A DNA stretch of 64,000 nucleotides. Origin: Octopus vulgaris. Taxonomy: Eukaryota. Within the stretch, counting starts at the first letter, position 1. Each line of letters opens with the position of its first letter. The stretch lies in contig OX597827.1 of NCBI GenBank assembly GCA_951406725.2, positions 54,684,001 through 54,748,000 on the forward strand, given 5' to 3'. The notes under the pieces are model-generated. The model did not search any database and was not told the origin of the DNA. It saw only the letters and a program-made list of their open reading frames with translations. The position numbers and the translations under genes were made by a program. Below, piece after piece: positions 13,183 to 27,652 of the stretch.

Positions 13183-13928
13183 TGTTTTGAAACTGACCTA
13201 AGTTTGCATTATACTTCAGACAGATTCAATTCTGAGTTGCTGAAGCAAAAATATCGTTATAGCAAGTATTCTGCTTAATATCACTGATTTGTTTGTTACA
13301 AGGTCTTAACCACTTAGCATGTCCTTTAGTGGCTGAGAATATGTGTATCTCTGATCACGAGCAGGAGTAGTAGGAGGGAGCATCATAGCCATGTGTTGAG
13401 AGAGATTCTTTGAATAAATATAAATGTAACAAAAGCAAAGTTTAAAGGAAATATTATCCATTTTTCATACTTACTAGGGGTAAGCAAATAGGAAATAACA
13501 GTTGTTACTAAAAGACAAAAAATCGTGTGACACAATATTGTTACATGACTGCCGTTAGTTCAGCAAAACAAATAATCTGGCATTGGACTGGAACCAGGGG
13601 TGCTGGAAAATTAGTGCTACACAGATTGATGTTAAAAGAGGTAACTAACTGTTGTGACAAATTTCCCTCAGTATTTCAAAGATGATTGTCCAAGAAAGCA
13701 TGTATCTATACTGTAGAATTCAGTGTTTATACAGACGCATAATTAAAATAACAGCAGGCAGTATTTCTATAACCTTTACTAATACTAAAATTAATTTTGA
13801 AATGCTAATATACTTTGTAAATTAGCAGTGTGTTAAATATTCTGTTTTTAGTTGTTTTTATTTATTTTCTTTTTTTATTTTTTGCTTTTTTTTTTTGCTT
13901 TTAAACAAATTAAAATTATTGATCAGAA

Positions 13929-13962
<34 letters not shown>

Positions 13963-14360
13963 TCAGAATTCTATATGAGATTTTTAAAACCCTTGTATAT
14001 TGAGATTTTTAGGAAATTTTGCTGTTATTTCTAGCTATATGATCAACCATACAGAAGCTCACACATTGGCTCAAACAAATTTGTTTTCCTTCAAGTGAGG
14101 TTTGCTCAGACTGTTGCTATATTAGTGTTGAAATTAGCTACTTTAATTACTTGTCCTACTCCACTTCAGTGTAAAACATTAACTAAGTGTTCCTGATGTT
14201 TCTTTGAAGTAAGCCAGTGAAATAATTTTCTATTATCTGGCTAATGAAGCAAGTGCATTGATCTCATAAACTATTATTGCAACTTCTAGAGTTTCAAAAT
14301 TCATATCCACTAAAATATGCACTTGTAGAAGAGAAACTTATAGTATTTGGTAAGTGTATA

Positions 14361-14501
14361 ACTGTACTCTATAACATTTAACTGTACTCTTTAGCATTTA
14401 ACTGTATTCTATAGTATTTAACTGTACTCTATAGTATTTAACTGTACTCTATAGCATTTAACTGTACTCTATAGTATTTAACTGTGTCAATATAGTATTT
14501 A
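14361..14501. repeat. Minisatellite, 7 x 20 bp (ACTGTACTCTATAGTATTTA)
   Basis: Direct tandem units without spacers. Confidence 0.95.
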
Positions 14502-14579
14502 ACCAGTCAATCCTTGTTCAGCCATCATTGAGAAGATCTATAGTCAGAAATATTTTTAGGAGTACCTTTTTTTTTTGAC

Positions 14580-14865
14580 CTGGCACTAACTATATTGGAC
14601 TCCTTTGCTGAACTGCGAAGTTATGGGGATGTAAACAAACTAATGCTGATTGTCAAGCAGTAATGTGGAGGGGACACACACGCTTGCTCACTCACTCACT
14701 CACTCACATACAACAGGCTTCTTTCAGTCTTTGTCTACCAAATCCACTTACAAGGCTTTGGTTGACCCAGGGCTATAGAAGACACTTGCCCAAAGTGCTA
14801 CACAGTGGGACTTAAACTCTAAATCTTGTGGCTGGGAAGCAAGCTTCTTACCACCCAACCATACT
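14580..14865 (-). mobile_element. SINE family A
   Basis: Reverse complement of family head and body. Confidence 0.75.
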
Positions 14866-15539
14866 TAAAAGACAATTAGAGAATGTACTAAAAAAAGCAC
14901 TAGATAATAATAGTAATAATAATAATTATAATAATAATAATAATAACAAAAACATTCTAAGAAAAAGAAGTCAAATAAATCATGTCTAAAAAGAGAAGTT
15001 GAGGAAGAAGTGAAGGACTAAAAACAATCAATTTAAAATACTGATATTAAGAATAGATATAGATCTTTGTTAAGATCATATTTTTTTTCCTTGTGAGTAA
15101 ATCTCTCAGTAATTCTTGGTCATACAAAGATTGAGATAAAATTGGAAATGAAAGAAAAATAAATAAATAGGTGTGATACTAAATATACCAGAAGTTAATT
15201 ACTACAAGATGTTAGATAATAAATATTGTAACGTAACAAGTCGAAAAAAATTATACCTTAGAGAATGTCTTTGGTAAAGAGAAAGAGAGAACGAGTGAGA
15301 TAGAAGCAGCTGAAAATGTTTAATTTGTTCTGACAATAAACTCACGTGAAACATAAACAAATTTTTGTAGAACACAGGAGGATACTTTTGAAATGACCTT
15401 ACTATAACAAATATCACAGGTGTGTGTATGTGTGTGTGTGTGAGAGAGAGAGACAGGTAGATAGGCAAGGAGATTGAGGGAAGATGCAACAATTATTTAA
15501 TAGTAGGTTGAAAGTATGTTTATCATAAAGCAGAAATAA

Positions 15540-15752
15540 GGTAGCAAGCTGGCAGAATCTTTAGTATGCTGGACAAAATTCTTAGATGCATTTTGTCCTT
15601 TGTTTTTAGTTCAAATTTCACTGAGATCAACCTAGCTTTTCATCCTATTAGGGTTGATGAAATAAAATACCAGTTGAGCAATGGGGACAATGTAATCAAC
15701 TGGACTCTTCTCCTAAAACTTCAGGTCTTCTACCTATAGTAGAAAGGATTAT
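15540..15752 (+). mobile_element. SINE family C, older subfamily
   Basis: AGCTGGCAGAA head, CTTTTCATCC-GGGTTGAT-AAATAAAATACCAGT domain; similar copies at ~11880, 18435, 22345, 39170, 40050, 50048. Confidence 0.7.
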
Positions 15753-15959
15753 TAAAAAGGAATTGATGAGGGAAGAAAAAATCTGAGAATATAAATAAGT
15801 GTATGGATTATATTGTTGGATTCTCAAACTCAAAAGGTGTCTCAAAAAAGAATTTCATCACTGTCATAAACTTCCTCCTTTTAACTTGTCAAAACAGGTA
15901 GCGTTAGAAACAGTTTATTTGCATTTGCAAAATATCACTAGACCTCAGTGCATCGAAAA

Positions 15960-16333
15960 TGGAGTGGCTGGGTGGTAAGTAGCTTGCTTACCTACCACAT
16001 GGTTCTGGGTTCAGTCCCACTGCATGGCACCTTGGGCAAGTGTCTTCTACTATAGCCTCAGGTCGACCAAAGATAAGTGGATTTGGTAGATAGAAACTGG
16101 AAGAAGTCTGTCGTGTATATAATGTGTATGTGTGGTGTGTATGTTTGTGTGTCTGTGACAACCGATGCTGGTGTGTTTACGTCTCCATAACTTAGCGTTT
16201 CGGCGAAAGAGACCGATAGAATAAGTACTAGGCTTACAAAGAATAAGTCCTGGGGTCGATATGCTCAACTAAAGGTGGTGCTCCAGCATGGCCACAGTCA
16301 AATGACTGAAACAAGTAAAAGAGTAAAAGAGTA
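15960..16333 (+). mobile_element. SINE family A, young
   Basis: Near-identical to copies at 25816 and 26462; tail (GTAAAAGA)n. Confidence 0.9.
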
Positions 16334-17038
16334 TATGGAGAAGAAATGCAGATAAATCAACAGGTACAATATGTATGTATGTATAATCTTTTTTCACAGC
16401 CCCACAAACTGGATGTGTCATTTTCTCACTTCCAGTAACTGAAAGCAATTGCTGTATTTTTTTCATACTAGTCATCTCTGAGGAGCGCGTGATTTTAGTT
16501 AACCACCCAGTTATCTAATAGCCAGTTTTTTAACACCCAGTGCAAAACCAATTGGTAACATTTGGCTCTATAATACAAATGGCTCTATAATACAATGCAC
16601 TTTGATACATACATACATAACATCATCATCATCATCATCATCATTTATTGTCTGTTTTCCATGCAGGCATGTGTTGGATGGTTTTACAGGGGCTGGTTAG
16701 GCAGAAGACTTCACTGTGTTTTGGCAGGGTTTTTATTCCTGGATACCCTTCCTAACACCAATCACCTCACAGAGTGGATTGAATGCTTTTTACATGGCAC
16801 CAGCATATATATATATATATATATATATATGTTAATAAATCAATTAAGAATGGCAGAAGCAATGCATCAAATAAAAATACCTTGTGGTATTTAGTTTTGT
16901 CCCTTTATTTCTATTTTGACTTTACCTCTCTTACTTATGAGGTTTATATAGTATGTATCAGTGTAGAAGTTGATATAATTAACTAAAGCTTTGTAAGTTA
17001 CTGCCTCAGCATGGTCAAAGTCTGGTGAATGACATTAA

Positions 17039-17264
17039 CTAATCCTTTAGCATTTAGGTTTCTCTGTCAAATCTAATGATTATTTATGCACAGTGTTTTG
17101 AATTAATCTTACATTATCTGATAACTTCAAGATTTCAATGATTATTTATTTTTTGTAGAATGACATTGTAGGATAGGCATGAGAAACCAGATTTGGCTAG
17201 TTTGAACATAATACAGATAGAATATTTAGACTGTATATGGCCAGTCTAAATGCTAAAGTGTTAA
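17039..17264. mobile_element. piggyBac-type MITE family D
   Basis: Family body; right end AATGCTAAAGTG-TTAA. Confidence 0.75.
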
Positions 17265-19389
17265 AAAAAAAGAAACAATGCTGAAACAACCTTGAGTATG
17301 GTACCAACAAGGAAGCCTCTTGATAGAATGGTTGCTTGACCTACAAGAAAAGGCTACCAAAACAGACTTTACTGTTTTATAAATAAGAACACATTGGATA
17401 ATAAATAGCTTTAGGTATTCCTAAAAAGACAGGAGTTGCTTGATCATGCTTGACTTAGGACTTGGTTGACTGAACAACAACTTTGGACTGTTGAATCAGC
17501 TGAATGAGCATCAATAAATAGTTTGGTAGTTCAACAAACTGTGATCAAATCCTCAGGTTTTTTTTCTCTTTTTTCTTTTTTTTTTTTGCTGAAACAAATT
17601 ATTTGACTCCCTTTATATGTATTATAGTATAAACAAGAAAATTGTTATTAGATTATTTTTTTTTAATTGAAAAAGTAAATATATAAAATAATGCATAAAT
17701 AATGTCATGCAATAAAATAAATACTAAATAAACTCACAATTTTTTTTTTTTAATCAGCAAAATTAAAATTTGTTTATAGAAAAGCCTGAACAAAAGTTAA
17801 TAAATAAATTTGATAAGAATGCAATATAAATGGAAAATTTCACATGACTTCAATAATAATGTCTATTTTTGGTAGTTTGTAATAAGACAAAACAATCCTA
17901 TTTCTGAGGTGACACTGTATAGAATAATAAAAGAAAGACTAGGAGAGAAGGGTGGGAGATCACACATGTGTGCACACACATACACACAAACAGACACACA
18001 AACAAACAAACAAGAATTTATTATTCTTTTCAATGATGGTTTGTTTCAAGCTTATTGAATGTCAAGTAAATGCTAATGTTGAAATACTTGATAGCAACTC
18101 TCCACCTTCCCCCTTAGATCATATAATACCAGGAGAAGCGTGTATATATTTGAGAGATCATTCATAAAGCATTGTGCACATGGTTATGGTTACACAGCTT
18201 GTATATGTGTGTATGCAAGTATATACCAAAGTATTTGTTTATGTGTTATATAATGCTTGTGCCTAAGCATTCAAAGAAGTGTATGTCACAGAGTAATTTG
18301 TAGGTAATTGTGGATGATGTACTCATATAAATATGTACAAGTGTCTGTGTTTCTGTTTCTTTTATTACCTCTACCTTAGTGAACATTTATGTAGTAATAT
18401 TTATATAGTTCAATAATATGCATTTGGAGAAAAGACGGCAAGCTGGCAGAAATGTTAGCATGCCGGATGAAATGCTTAGTGGTACTTCGTCTGTCTTTAC
18501 ATTCTGAGTTCAAATTCTGCTGAGGTCGACTTTGCCTTTCTCTTTGGGTACTTTTCTACTTGTCACTTATAAGTTCATTCTTATAATCTCCCACAAATAT
18601 ATGCTTTCTATCTACTAAATTCACTCACAATGCTTTGGTTGACCCAGGGCCAAGGTGCCACACAGTGGAACTGAACCTGAAACCATGTGGTAAGGAAGGA
18701 AAGTTCTTTCTACACAGCCTGTAGGAAATGTATCCACACCAACTCTTTCCAACTAACTGATGCTAAAACTAGATCAAATCCTGTTTTCTTTCAATACTAT
18801 CCAGAATATCACTCCACTCTTACTTTCAGAGAGTTGACCCCCACCTTGTTTTTCCTACCCAACAAAAATTTGCTGGAATTTGTTTGCTTTTTGCACCATA
18901 TATCTTTATAGCTTATTTTTGGGAATCACTATTAATATTGACCAAATATCTCATTTTGATTCTCTATACCAAAGCTACTCACCCAGTTCTGTCATCTGTT
19001 GAATCTCTCTGGCTTTCTTTCTCCCCCACCCCGCTCTCTCTCTAGCAACAGCAGCTACTCATTGGAATGATAGTAATCCCTACCTCCAACTGTTCTGTGA
19101 ATCTTGTGATTGAATGAAAGAGGAGTTAACAGACATAAAGGGAAGAGGTCATGTTTTTTTTTATTTCCTTCTTTTCAACAGAACATTTCTATGTGTTGAA
19201 TGAAATTGCAAAGTTAAATTCTTTATATCCAATGTCTATTGAAGATATAGTGATGTTGTTAAGATTAACTATAAATTAATTCATTTTGAAGATATTTTGA
19301 TGAAAGCTAGTCTTCAGGTGCAGTGAGACAAATTATAATTTCCTTTGCTGGTAGTTGTTAACTTGAATTCACTCTCTCTCTCTCTCTCT

Positions 19390-19690
19390 CCCATGCACCG
19401 GCATGGATGCTTTTAATATGATACCGGCTCTGTTGCTTTTTATGTGGCACTGGTGCATTTTACATGGCACTGGCACAAGACTCCTCTTCAGCAGGAGGAG
19501 CGGCATTAACACTTCTTCTGTGGAGGATGGGTCTTGTTGAGTACAGCAAGGCACTGGATATCTCGGTCCTTTGTCATCCCCGCCATAAGGATCAGTGTCC
19601 TGACATCATCCCAGTACATCGTCCAATGTCTTCCTGGGTCTCCCTCTTCTATGAGTTCCATCCACTTTGAGTGATCTTCACTTCTTCACA
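19390..19690 (-). mobile_element. RTE LINE 3' fragment
   Basis: Homologous to 21120-21360 and 40520-41145 (GRPRKT-type C-terminus plus 3' UTR). Confidence 0.65.
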
Positions 19691-19803
19691 TGTTCACACT
19701 CAGAGTGGTTAGCATTGGGAAGAGTAACCAACCAAAGAAACCCTGCCAAATCAGAGCTTGCTACCCCTGGTCAAATGATGATGATATATATATCTTTATA
19801 TAT

Positions 19804-19846
<43 letters not shown>

Positions 19847-20479
19847 CAACACATTCTTTTTAGTAATGTCTTTAATTCTCACTGGGCTTTCTTCTAACTA
19901 TAGAAATTTCAATGAGTAAAAACTGCTTTTGGTTTCTTCTCTTGGAATATTAACGATATTGTGTGTAAGAGGTGTCAACCATTTCAGCTTGTAATGTCAA
20001 TCATTTCAAGTAACTGAATTTAATATAGGAGACATAATTCACATTAAGAACACATCCATAATAGCTTTGAGAGAAAAAAAAATGGGCTTCTACTGAGATA
20101 TATTAAAACACGTGTGTGTGTGTGTGTGCGCATCATATACTAGTACTATATTTGCTGCCTTGTCTTAAATCTATTTAATTTTCCTGTGAAATGTTGCATG
20201 TGTTGCCATTAGTTTAATGTACAAAACCATACAGAACAAAATGAACTTTGAACTTCCCTGATCAAGTTTCTATAATGGAAATAAGTATTGATTAGATTGA
20301 TATTAGAGTGATATACTGTGTGGGTTTTAAATTTAAAGGTTATTAGTGAGCATCCCATTTTAAAGAAAACTTAAAGCATGTAAGTATCGGGCACCATTGA
20401 ACAGAAGCAGGACACAACACAAAATAGACACTTGTTGCTTTGTGGCTAATAATGATGCCTACATTTTTTTCTTTTTGTC

Positions 20480-21019
20480 TTTTATCTTCTACTTGTTTCA
20501 ATCATTGGACTGTGGTCATGCTGAGGCACTGCTTTGAAGTGCTTACTCAAACAGTTTGACCCCCATACTTCTATTTTTATCTTGTTACAGTCATTGGAGA
20601 GTGGCCATTCTGGGGCACTGTTTTGTTGTTGTTTTTTGTTTTTGTTTTTTTTCTGCCTGGTGCTTATTATCTCAGTCTGTTTTTGCCAGACCATGAATGT
20701 GTGGAGATGTAAACAAACCTATACTGATTGCTGCTAAGCAGTAGTGAGGGACAAATACAAACAGAAACACACACACTCACACATTACACACATACAATTT
20801 ACACACACACACATACACCATGCGCGCATGCTCACACACACACACAAACACATGCTCACATAACAGGTTTCTTTCAGTTTCCATTTACCAAATCTGCTCA
20901 CAAGGTTTTCATCAGCCTTGGACTATCGAAAAAGACACTTGCCCAAGGTACCATGCAGTGCGCCTGAACCTGGGACCATGTGGTTGAGAAGCAAATTCTT
21001 TTCACACGGCCACACCTGT
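20480..21019 (-). mobile_element. SINE family A
   Basis: Reverse complement of family head, body and tail; internal (CA)n. Confidence 0.75.
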
Positions 21020-21119
21020 GTTTATTTGTGAAATACCTCTGAATGCCACTTGACTGATTGGCATGTTACTTGCTCACCAACATCTGACCTACAGATCTCT
21101 CTTTCTCTCTCTCTCTTCC

Positions 21120-21360
21120 AGCACTACTACAGTAGCCTCTGCTTTAGGAAGGAGAGCAGCATTGACACTTCAGTGTGGAAGATGGGTCTTCTTGAGTACA
21201 GCAAAGTGCTGAATATCTCAGTCATTTGTCATCTCCTCCATAACGCTGAGTGTCCTGAGATTGTCCTTCAGTATTTCGTCCCATGTCTTCCTAGGTCTCT
21301 CTTTTTCACAAGTTCCATCCACTTTGAGTGATTGGCACTTCTTTATGTGCTGACTGACAC
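21120..21360 (-). mobile_element. RTE LINE 3' fragment
   Basis: ORF 21218-21406(-) contains IKKCQSLKVDGTCEKERPRKTWDEILKDNLR, an RTE C-terminal motif. Confidence 0.75.
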
Positions 21361-21919
21361 TCAAGACTCGTTTCTTTCCTCTCTTCACTCTCATTGATCC
21401 ATCCACTCATCCCCAGTCCTGGCACTAATCAATTACAACATCCAGTCCTTCCTCACCTGCATATCAACTTTGAGATTTCCTTCCTGCCTTTGTTTTTATT
21501 GCATCCATTGACTTAATAATTATTTAAAAGGAACATTAATTTTGTTGCTTTCACTAGTCTCACAGGCCCTATGATGGCCATGAACACAGCCTCTTCTTTC
21601 AAACCAAACCAATAAAGACAATAACTGCTAGAATAACAAGGTGATTTGATTAAGTGAAAATCTATTTAAAAATTTTCCACAAATGAAAAGAATTGACTGT
21701 ATAACCATCATTACAGAAAGTAAATGACAATAATTCCATGTTGATATGACAATATGACCATCTCTTATTGGCTTGATGACTTCTTTTAATCTCTTGATTA
21801 TAATTCTGGTTACACTGACCAACCAGCCAACCAAATAACCAATTTTAAATGGACTTAATTGTACTACATTGACTTCTATGACTATAGACATAAAACTGTT
21901 TATCAAAGAATTCTGTGTA

Positions 21920-22270
21920 GTTCAGAGATCAGTGAGTCTCTCCAGGTTGAACCACTACTCCATGTTGAGAGGTCATAGCTTTAGGATTATGGACATGTGA
22001 TAAGAATGTTGCAGGAACAAATCGCAAGACAGATTCTTCAAGTTGAGCCAACCGGCAGGAGATCTAGTGGCAGACCATGAACAAGATGGTTGAATAACAT
22101 CCACATTCTCAATTGGTCATACTCTGGAATCCAGACTGAAAGTGTAATGACAGTTGCTTTTGATAGGATCCTAAGGAGGAGGGTATCCTATGGAGGAGGT
22201 ACCCGAGGACTCTGCTCCTATGATCCTCCTGCAAATAGTGGTAGGGAAAAAGTAGATAGGTAGACGGACG
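21920..22270 (+). mobile_element. RTE LINE 3' fragment (another family)
   Basis: Translates to YGHVIRM..EQIARQILQVEPTGRRSSGRP*TRWLNNI. Confidence 0.75.
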
Positions 22271-25251
22271 GGCTGCCTTCCTGTTATAGTACACAGTTAA
22301 CCACTGTTTTCATTAGCTTTCAAAATCATCAAGAGAAAATATTGATTTCAAATTTTGGCACAAAGCCAGCATGTTCGAGGGGTGCGGTTTGGCAGGAATG
22401 AGTCAATTACATTGACCTCAGTGCTCAACTAGTACTTATTTTATCAACCCTGAAAGGATGAAAGGCAAAGTCAACCTTGATAGAATTTGAACTTAGTACA
22501 TAACGGCAGATGAAATGCCACAAAGCATTTTGCCTATATGCTAACAATTCTACCAGCTTGCAGAATAACATTATCAAACAATATTTGTTCCAAAGTCAGT
22601 CACATGTGTTTAAAAGTTGTCTAACAACAGGTGTTTAACAATGTTATAAAAATTATATATTTTATACAGGTAGTAAAGGGTGTGAGAAAATAATGTGCAA
22701 CTGTATATATTTTGTCTTTCATTCAACTAAATACAGTATTTGTATGTTATCACCAACTCTATGGAAATGTAATAAAGGAAAGGATTAAAGTAACAGGTGT
22801 AAAAATTTCAGTGATAGTGTCTTTATATTTGTGATTCTTTTCACTAAAAAGAAAGTAATCAAGGTAATATTGTGATGCTTCTTGTTTGTAAACTTTCAAA
22901 TTTACATTCAAACTGCTGAATACAAAACTACCAACTGAAGATTCCAGATACAGAGATTTTAAATTTTGACATGGATTTGTTTGTTGGAACATAAAGAACT
23001 AGCAATTTCTTGGAAGCAAGCCACTACTTCAAATGAGAACAGTTATTACTTAACCATTTTACACATAAACTGAGCCTAAAAGATATTAAAAATGACAAGA
23101 TTAATAATCGAAGCATATGTCAGTTCACAGTGCAATCAGTTTGGAAACATTTCCTCTAGCACATACACATTCGAAGTTACCAAAACTTAATGACAACAAG
23201 GAAATACAATGCTGTAACATGTTCTTCTGTTTTCCTCTTGGCTACTAAAACTAAGAATTTCTAAATCACTCACTTTTGCCAATTCAAGTGCCAAAACAAA
23301 ATCATTGCCATTCGTAGATAGCGTCTTATTAGTTGCCAAAAGATAAATTTGGCACAAACTGATTACAATTCCATATGATAAGAGGTGTATTTTCAAATAA
23401 TGTTTCTTTCTTCTTTATTTTTTTCTTTTCATATTCTCAACGTTCTTTGTTCTGTATGTATGGAACATTATTTTTCAAAGCATAACAGAACACCTGTTTT
23501 AAAATCATAAATTTTAAACACTATATGTAATCCAATGAAAAAAAAAACCTAAATATATTATTCTATTCTGAATATTTTCTGATGTTACAAAAATCCATTA
23601 GAATAACTATAGAAGGTTATAAAATTATTGAATATCACAAGATTTCTTTTAAAATATTTTCATTAATGCATTCGAGACATTATCTACAAATACTTTCACA
23701 AATGCATTTAAAACATTATCTACATAATGGAATTCAACAAGAATCTATGAAAGAATTTTACACAATTCCACGTAAGATCCCAGAACAAAGTATTTACAAA
23801 GAAGTAACTTACAAATTACATCACACCTTATTTCCTTGGCCCGAAAATAATCACTGAACCACAATTAGAAGAATAATTATTATATTTCCTAATTTAAATT
23901 TTGCTTATTTTTGTAATCTTTTTCCTAGCAGGAAATAAAATAAGTAAACATATATATATGTATATATATGTATATTAGCTAATGAATTCTTCAACATACA
24001 TGTAACATTTCCTTCAAAATGAAATAAGTTAAATTGATATATATATATATAGAATACAAAAGAAACAATTCTGCCACACGTTTTAATATTCATTATGATT
24101 ACAAGAAGTTACTCATTTCAAATTCACATTCCTTGCACAAATCGGATTGTTCCATCTGGTATTTGGGTGTTTACAGTAGTGAGAAGAAATATGATAAAAA
24201 AAGTAGCACAAGAATGTTTTGTTTGTTCCCGATTCAAAGTTACATGAGAAAGTGAAATAATTCCTACATTTTTACATAAAAGCATTCATTTCAATACTGT
24301 CTTTTATAACTAGAAAAGGATAACATATTCCAAAGGCATGTATGTGAATGTGTATTCACATGTGTGTGTCATATAGAAGTGCACATATATAATACATATA
24401 TATATATATATATATATTTGTATAGAGGCTGTACTGCAAGGCTGACTGAAATTTAATAAAAGGAAAAAATCAGCATCAAGTTTTGTATGTCTACATAACA
24501 CAATAGTGATTCTGTTTATTGTGAGAGAAATACTAATGGATGATTGATATTAACTGTTTGCAATAGAAAGATATCAATCATTAGGAACATGGCTGGAGTT
24601 TGTGGCGTTGGAATTTTCTCTTTATTAACCCCTTAGCTTAAAACTTTTGTAATCATATATCTCTAATGAAATACACTTCCTAATTTTGAAAACAGCCAGT
24701 TAGGAATTTGCTGTAATTTAGTAAATTAATTAACCTTTTTTTTTCTTTAAGTTGTCATTTGGAAAATGTTCACTTCACTGCCATGTGGCTCCATATTCAA
24801 TCCCACTGGCATCTTGAGCAAGTGTTTTCTACTTTATCCTCAGATTGCCCAATGGTTTGTAAGTGAAATTTTCTTCTTGGAAACTGTATGGAAGCTCATC
24901 AGATAGTGTGTATAGATATATAGGCTCTAGTCACAGGCATGGCTTTTATAAAGTTTGGCAACCACATGGCTTTAGGTTCAATTACACTGTATGGCATCTT
25001 AAGTAAGTGGATTTCATTGATGGTGACTGGTATTGTGTGCTAATTGTAAAATGAATATCACTCAAACAGGCAGTGTTGTCTGCAGTCTTCTGTGAAACCA
25101 TGTCCAGCCATTGAACCATTCATGTTTGAGGGGCTTGGAGAACTATTACAGATTCAAGCTGGTGATACGAAGAAAATTCAGCTATGGAAAAAAATCTGCC
25201 TCAATAAATTTCATTTGACTCTGAAAATAGAATAAAGTTCATGTGAATATG

Positions 25252-25253
<2 letters not shown>

Positions 25254-25316
<63 letters not shown>
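25254..25316. repeat. (TA)n microsatellite
   Basis: Direct reading. Confidence 0.95.
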
Positions 25317-25323
<7 letters not shown>

Positions 25324-25815
25324 CAAGATGCTGTCTCAGGTGAATTGGTGAGGTAGTCAGTATTACAGTAAACCAAGGGAATGTAAGAATTTCATAGCTT
25401 ACTACACAAGCAATAAACCTATACAATCCCTCAGTAAACACAGAATAATTGTGGACACTGAAAGAGGATAGGCAATCACTGCTGAAATCCATTACACCTG
25501 AATGTGTGATTCTGTAAACAATTTTTTTTTCTTTTCTTTTTGCAACAAATAATACAGTGTTGTATATTTAATGCAATTTTCTTTTGTGTTGTCACCTTAA
25601 TCTCTAAAGATGAATTTTTAAATATTCTATATTTACATCTGTATGACAATTCAATCTCTAGTCATATGTACATAGCACCATACAGGATTTGAATTAGGAA
25701 CCTTTATTTTTAAAATAGTTGTATTAACACTCTCATCTATTGTCCATTATGCTAGTGATGAATGTATATTTAATGTTACATCAATTAAAGTTATCTTTCA
25801 GTAAAGTTAACCATA

Positions 25816-26212
25816 GGTGTAGGAGTGGCTGTGTGGTAAGTAGCTTACTTACGAACCACATGGTTCTGGGTTCAGTCCCACTGTGTGGCACTTTGGACAA
25901 GTGTCTTCTACTATAGCCTCGGGCCGACCAAAGCCTTGTGAGTGGATTTGGTAGACGGAAACTGAAAGAAGCCCATTGTATATATGTATATGTATGTATG
26001 TGTGTGTATATGTTTGTGTGTCTGTGTTTGTCCCCCCAACATCACTTGACAACCGATGGTGGTGTGTTTACGTCCTCGTAACCTAGCAGTTCAGCAAAAG
26101 AGACCGATACTAGGCTTACAAAGAATAAGTCCTGGGGTCAATTTGCTCGACTAAAGGCGGTGCTCCAGCATGGCCACAGTCAAGTGACTGAAACAAGTAA
26201 AAGAGTAAAAGA
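25816..26212 (+). mobile_element. SINE family A, full length, young
   Basis: GGTGTAGGAGTGGCTGTGTGGTAAG...GGGTTCAGTCCC pol III boxes, CORE-like segment, internal microsatellite, GTAAAAGA tail; CpGs retained. Confidence 0.92.
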
Positions 26213-26461
26213 ATCACATCATGATCAATTCAGAACAGTGAATAAATAAGCATTACATTTGACAGAATAATCTGAATGCTAAAAGATTGATAGTTAGTGG
26301 TGGTCTTCCTTACTATATGTTTTGAGAGCTGAAAGCATGACGTTCGTGATGTAATTTCTGGCAAACAGAAATTGAAAATTTTTTTTTTAAATGTGGAAAT
26401 TAACTATTTTTAAAACAAATTGAAACTTCCACTTTCAATTGATAGCTTATTTTCATCGTTT

Positions 26462-26866
26462 CTACTCTTTTTACTCTTTTACTTGTTTCAGTCATTTGAC
26501 TGTGGCCATGCTGGAGCACCGCCTTTAGTCGAGCAAATCAACCCCAGGACTTATTCTTTGTAAGCCTAGTACTTATTCTATCGGTCTCTTTTGCCGAACC
26601 GCTAAGTTACGGCGACGTAAGCACACCAGCATCGGTTGTCAAGGGGACAAACACAGACACACAAACATATACACACACATATACAGATATATATACATAT
26701 ATACAATGGGCTTCTTTCAGTTTCCGTCTACCAAATCCACTCACAAGACTTTGGTCGGCCCGAGGCTATAGTAGAAGACACTTGCCCAAGGTGCCACGCA
26801 GTGGGACTGAACCTGGAACAATGTGGTTGGTAAACAAGCTACTTACCACACAGCCACTCCTACACC
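26462..26866 (-). mobile_element. SINE family A, full length, young
   Basis: Near-identical reverse complement of 25816-26212. Confidence 0.92.
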
Positions 26867-27652
26867 AGGTTATTTTTCCATTTCTGAGTGTAAACAATTG
26901 CACCACTCCATGAATATTGTTAGTCATTCACACATAATCATTTGTCTTTGTAGATTTTTGATAATTGGACAAAGTAGATAGATGAATCTATCTAATTAAC
27001 CTTTGCATTTCAGACACCACAAGTAATCATAATGATTACTATATATAGCATTGCTAATTATAACTTTTCTTAAGAAGTTTAAGTGAAAATGATTAAAAAA
27101 AAAATTAAACCATTGTGGAGCAGAGAAGATATAGACTATTGCTAGCTAATCTGAACTTGAATGAGTTAATTCTGAAACAAAATCATGGCTTTCGATGGCA
27201 TCTTAAGACTTAGTAATCTTAGTTGCAATTAGTTACAAGTGGCAATGGAATACAATGAGGTGGAGTGTAGCATAGCATCAATTCAAGGAGAAAATATGAG
27301 AAAAGTATCTAGAAAGATAATTTCTGTGGCAGGCTGTAATTTCAGGAATTCACAAAGCTTAAGCAGGCCTTGACACAAATAGATGGTGTAGAGAGGGTTT
27401 TTTTCCCTTCCCACCACTGTTTTTCAAATAATAAAAGGCACTTGTACATATTTGCATGAGCTTTTTGATATCAGAAAGAAACCCAATCACAAGATGTGTC
27501 ACTTACAAAAGAAAGTCATCCATTGAAATTAATTTGCTTGTGTGTATGAGAGAGACAAGCAAGAGATTATCTAAATATCTTTTAGTTATACTGGATTTAT
27601 TCATAGTATATCAATTTTATTTCACATTAATAGTAATTTATATTTTATATAT

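Noticed and set aside
14361-14501. CRISPR-like regular repeats
   Set aside because: No unique spacers, eukaryotic context and no cas genes; a plain minisatellite.
22759-23396. Minus-strand ORFs of 77 and 69 aa
   Set aside because: No recognisable motifs; lengths within chance expectation.
25849-26833. Recurring peptide [26 protein letters not shown], seen in several ORFs
   Set aside because: Antisense reading of SINE family A, not a gene family.
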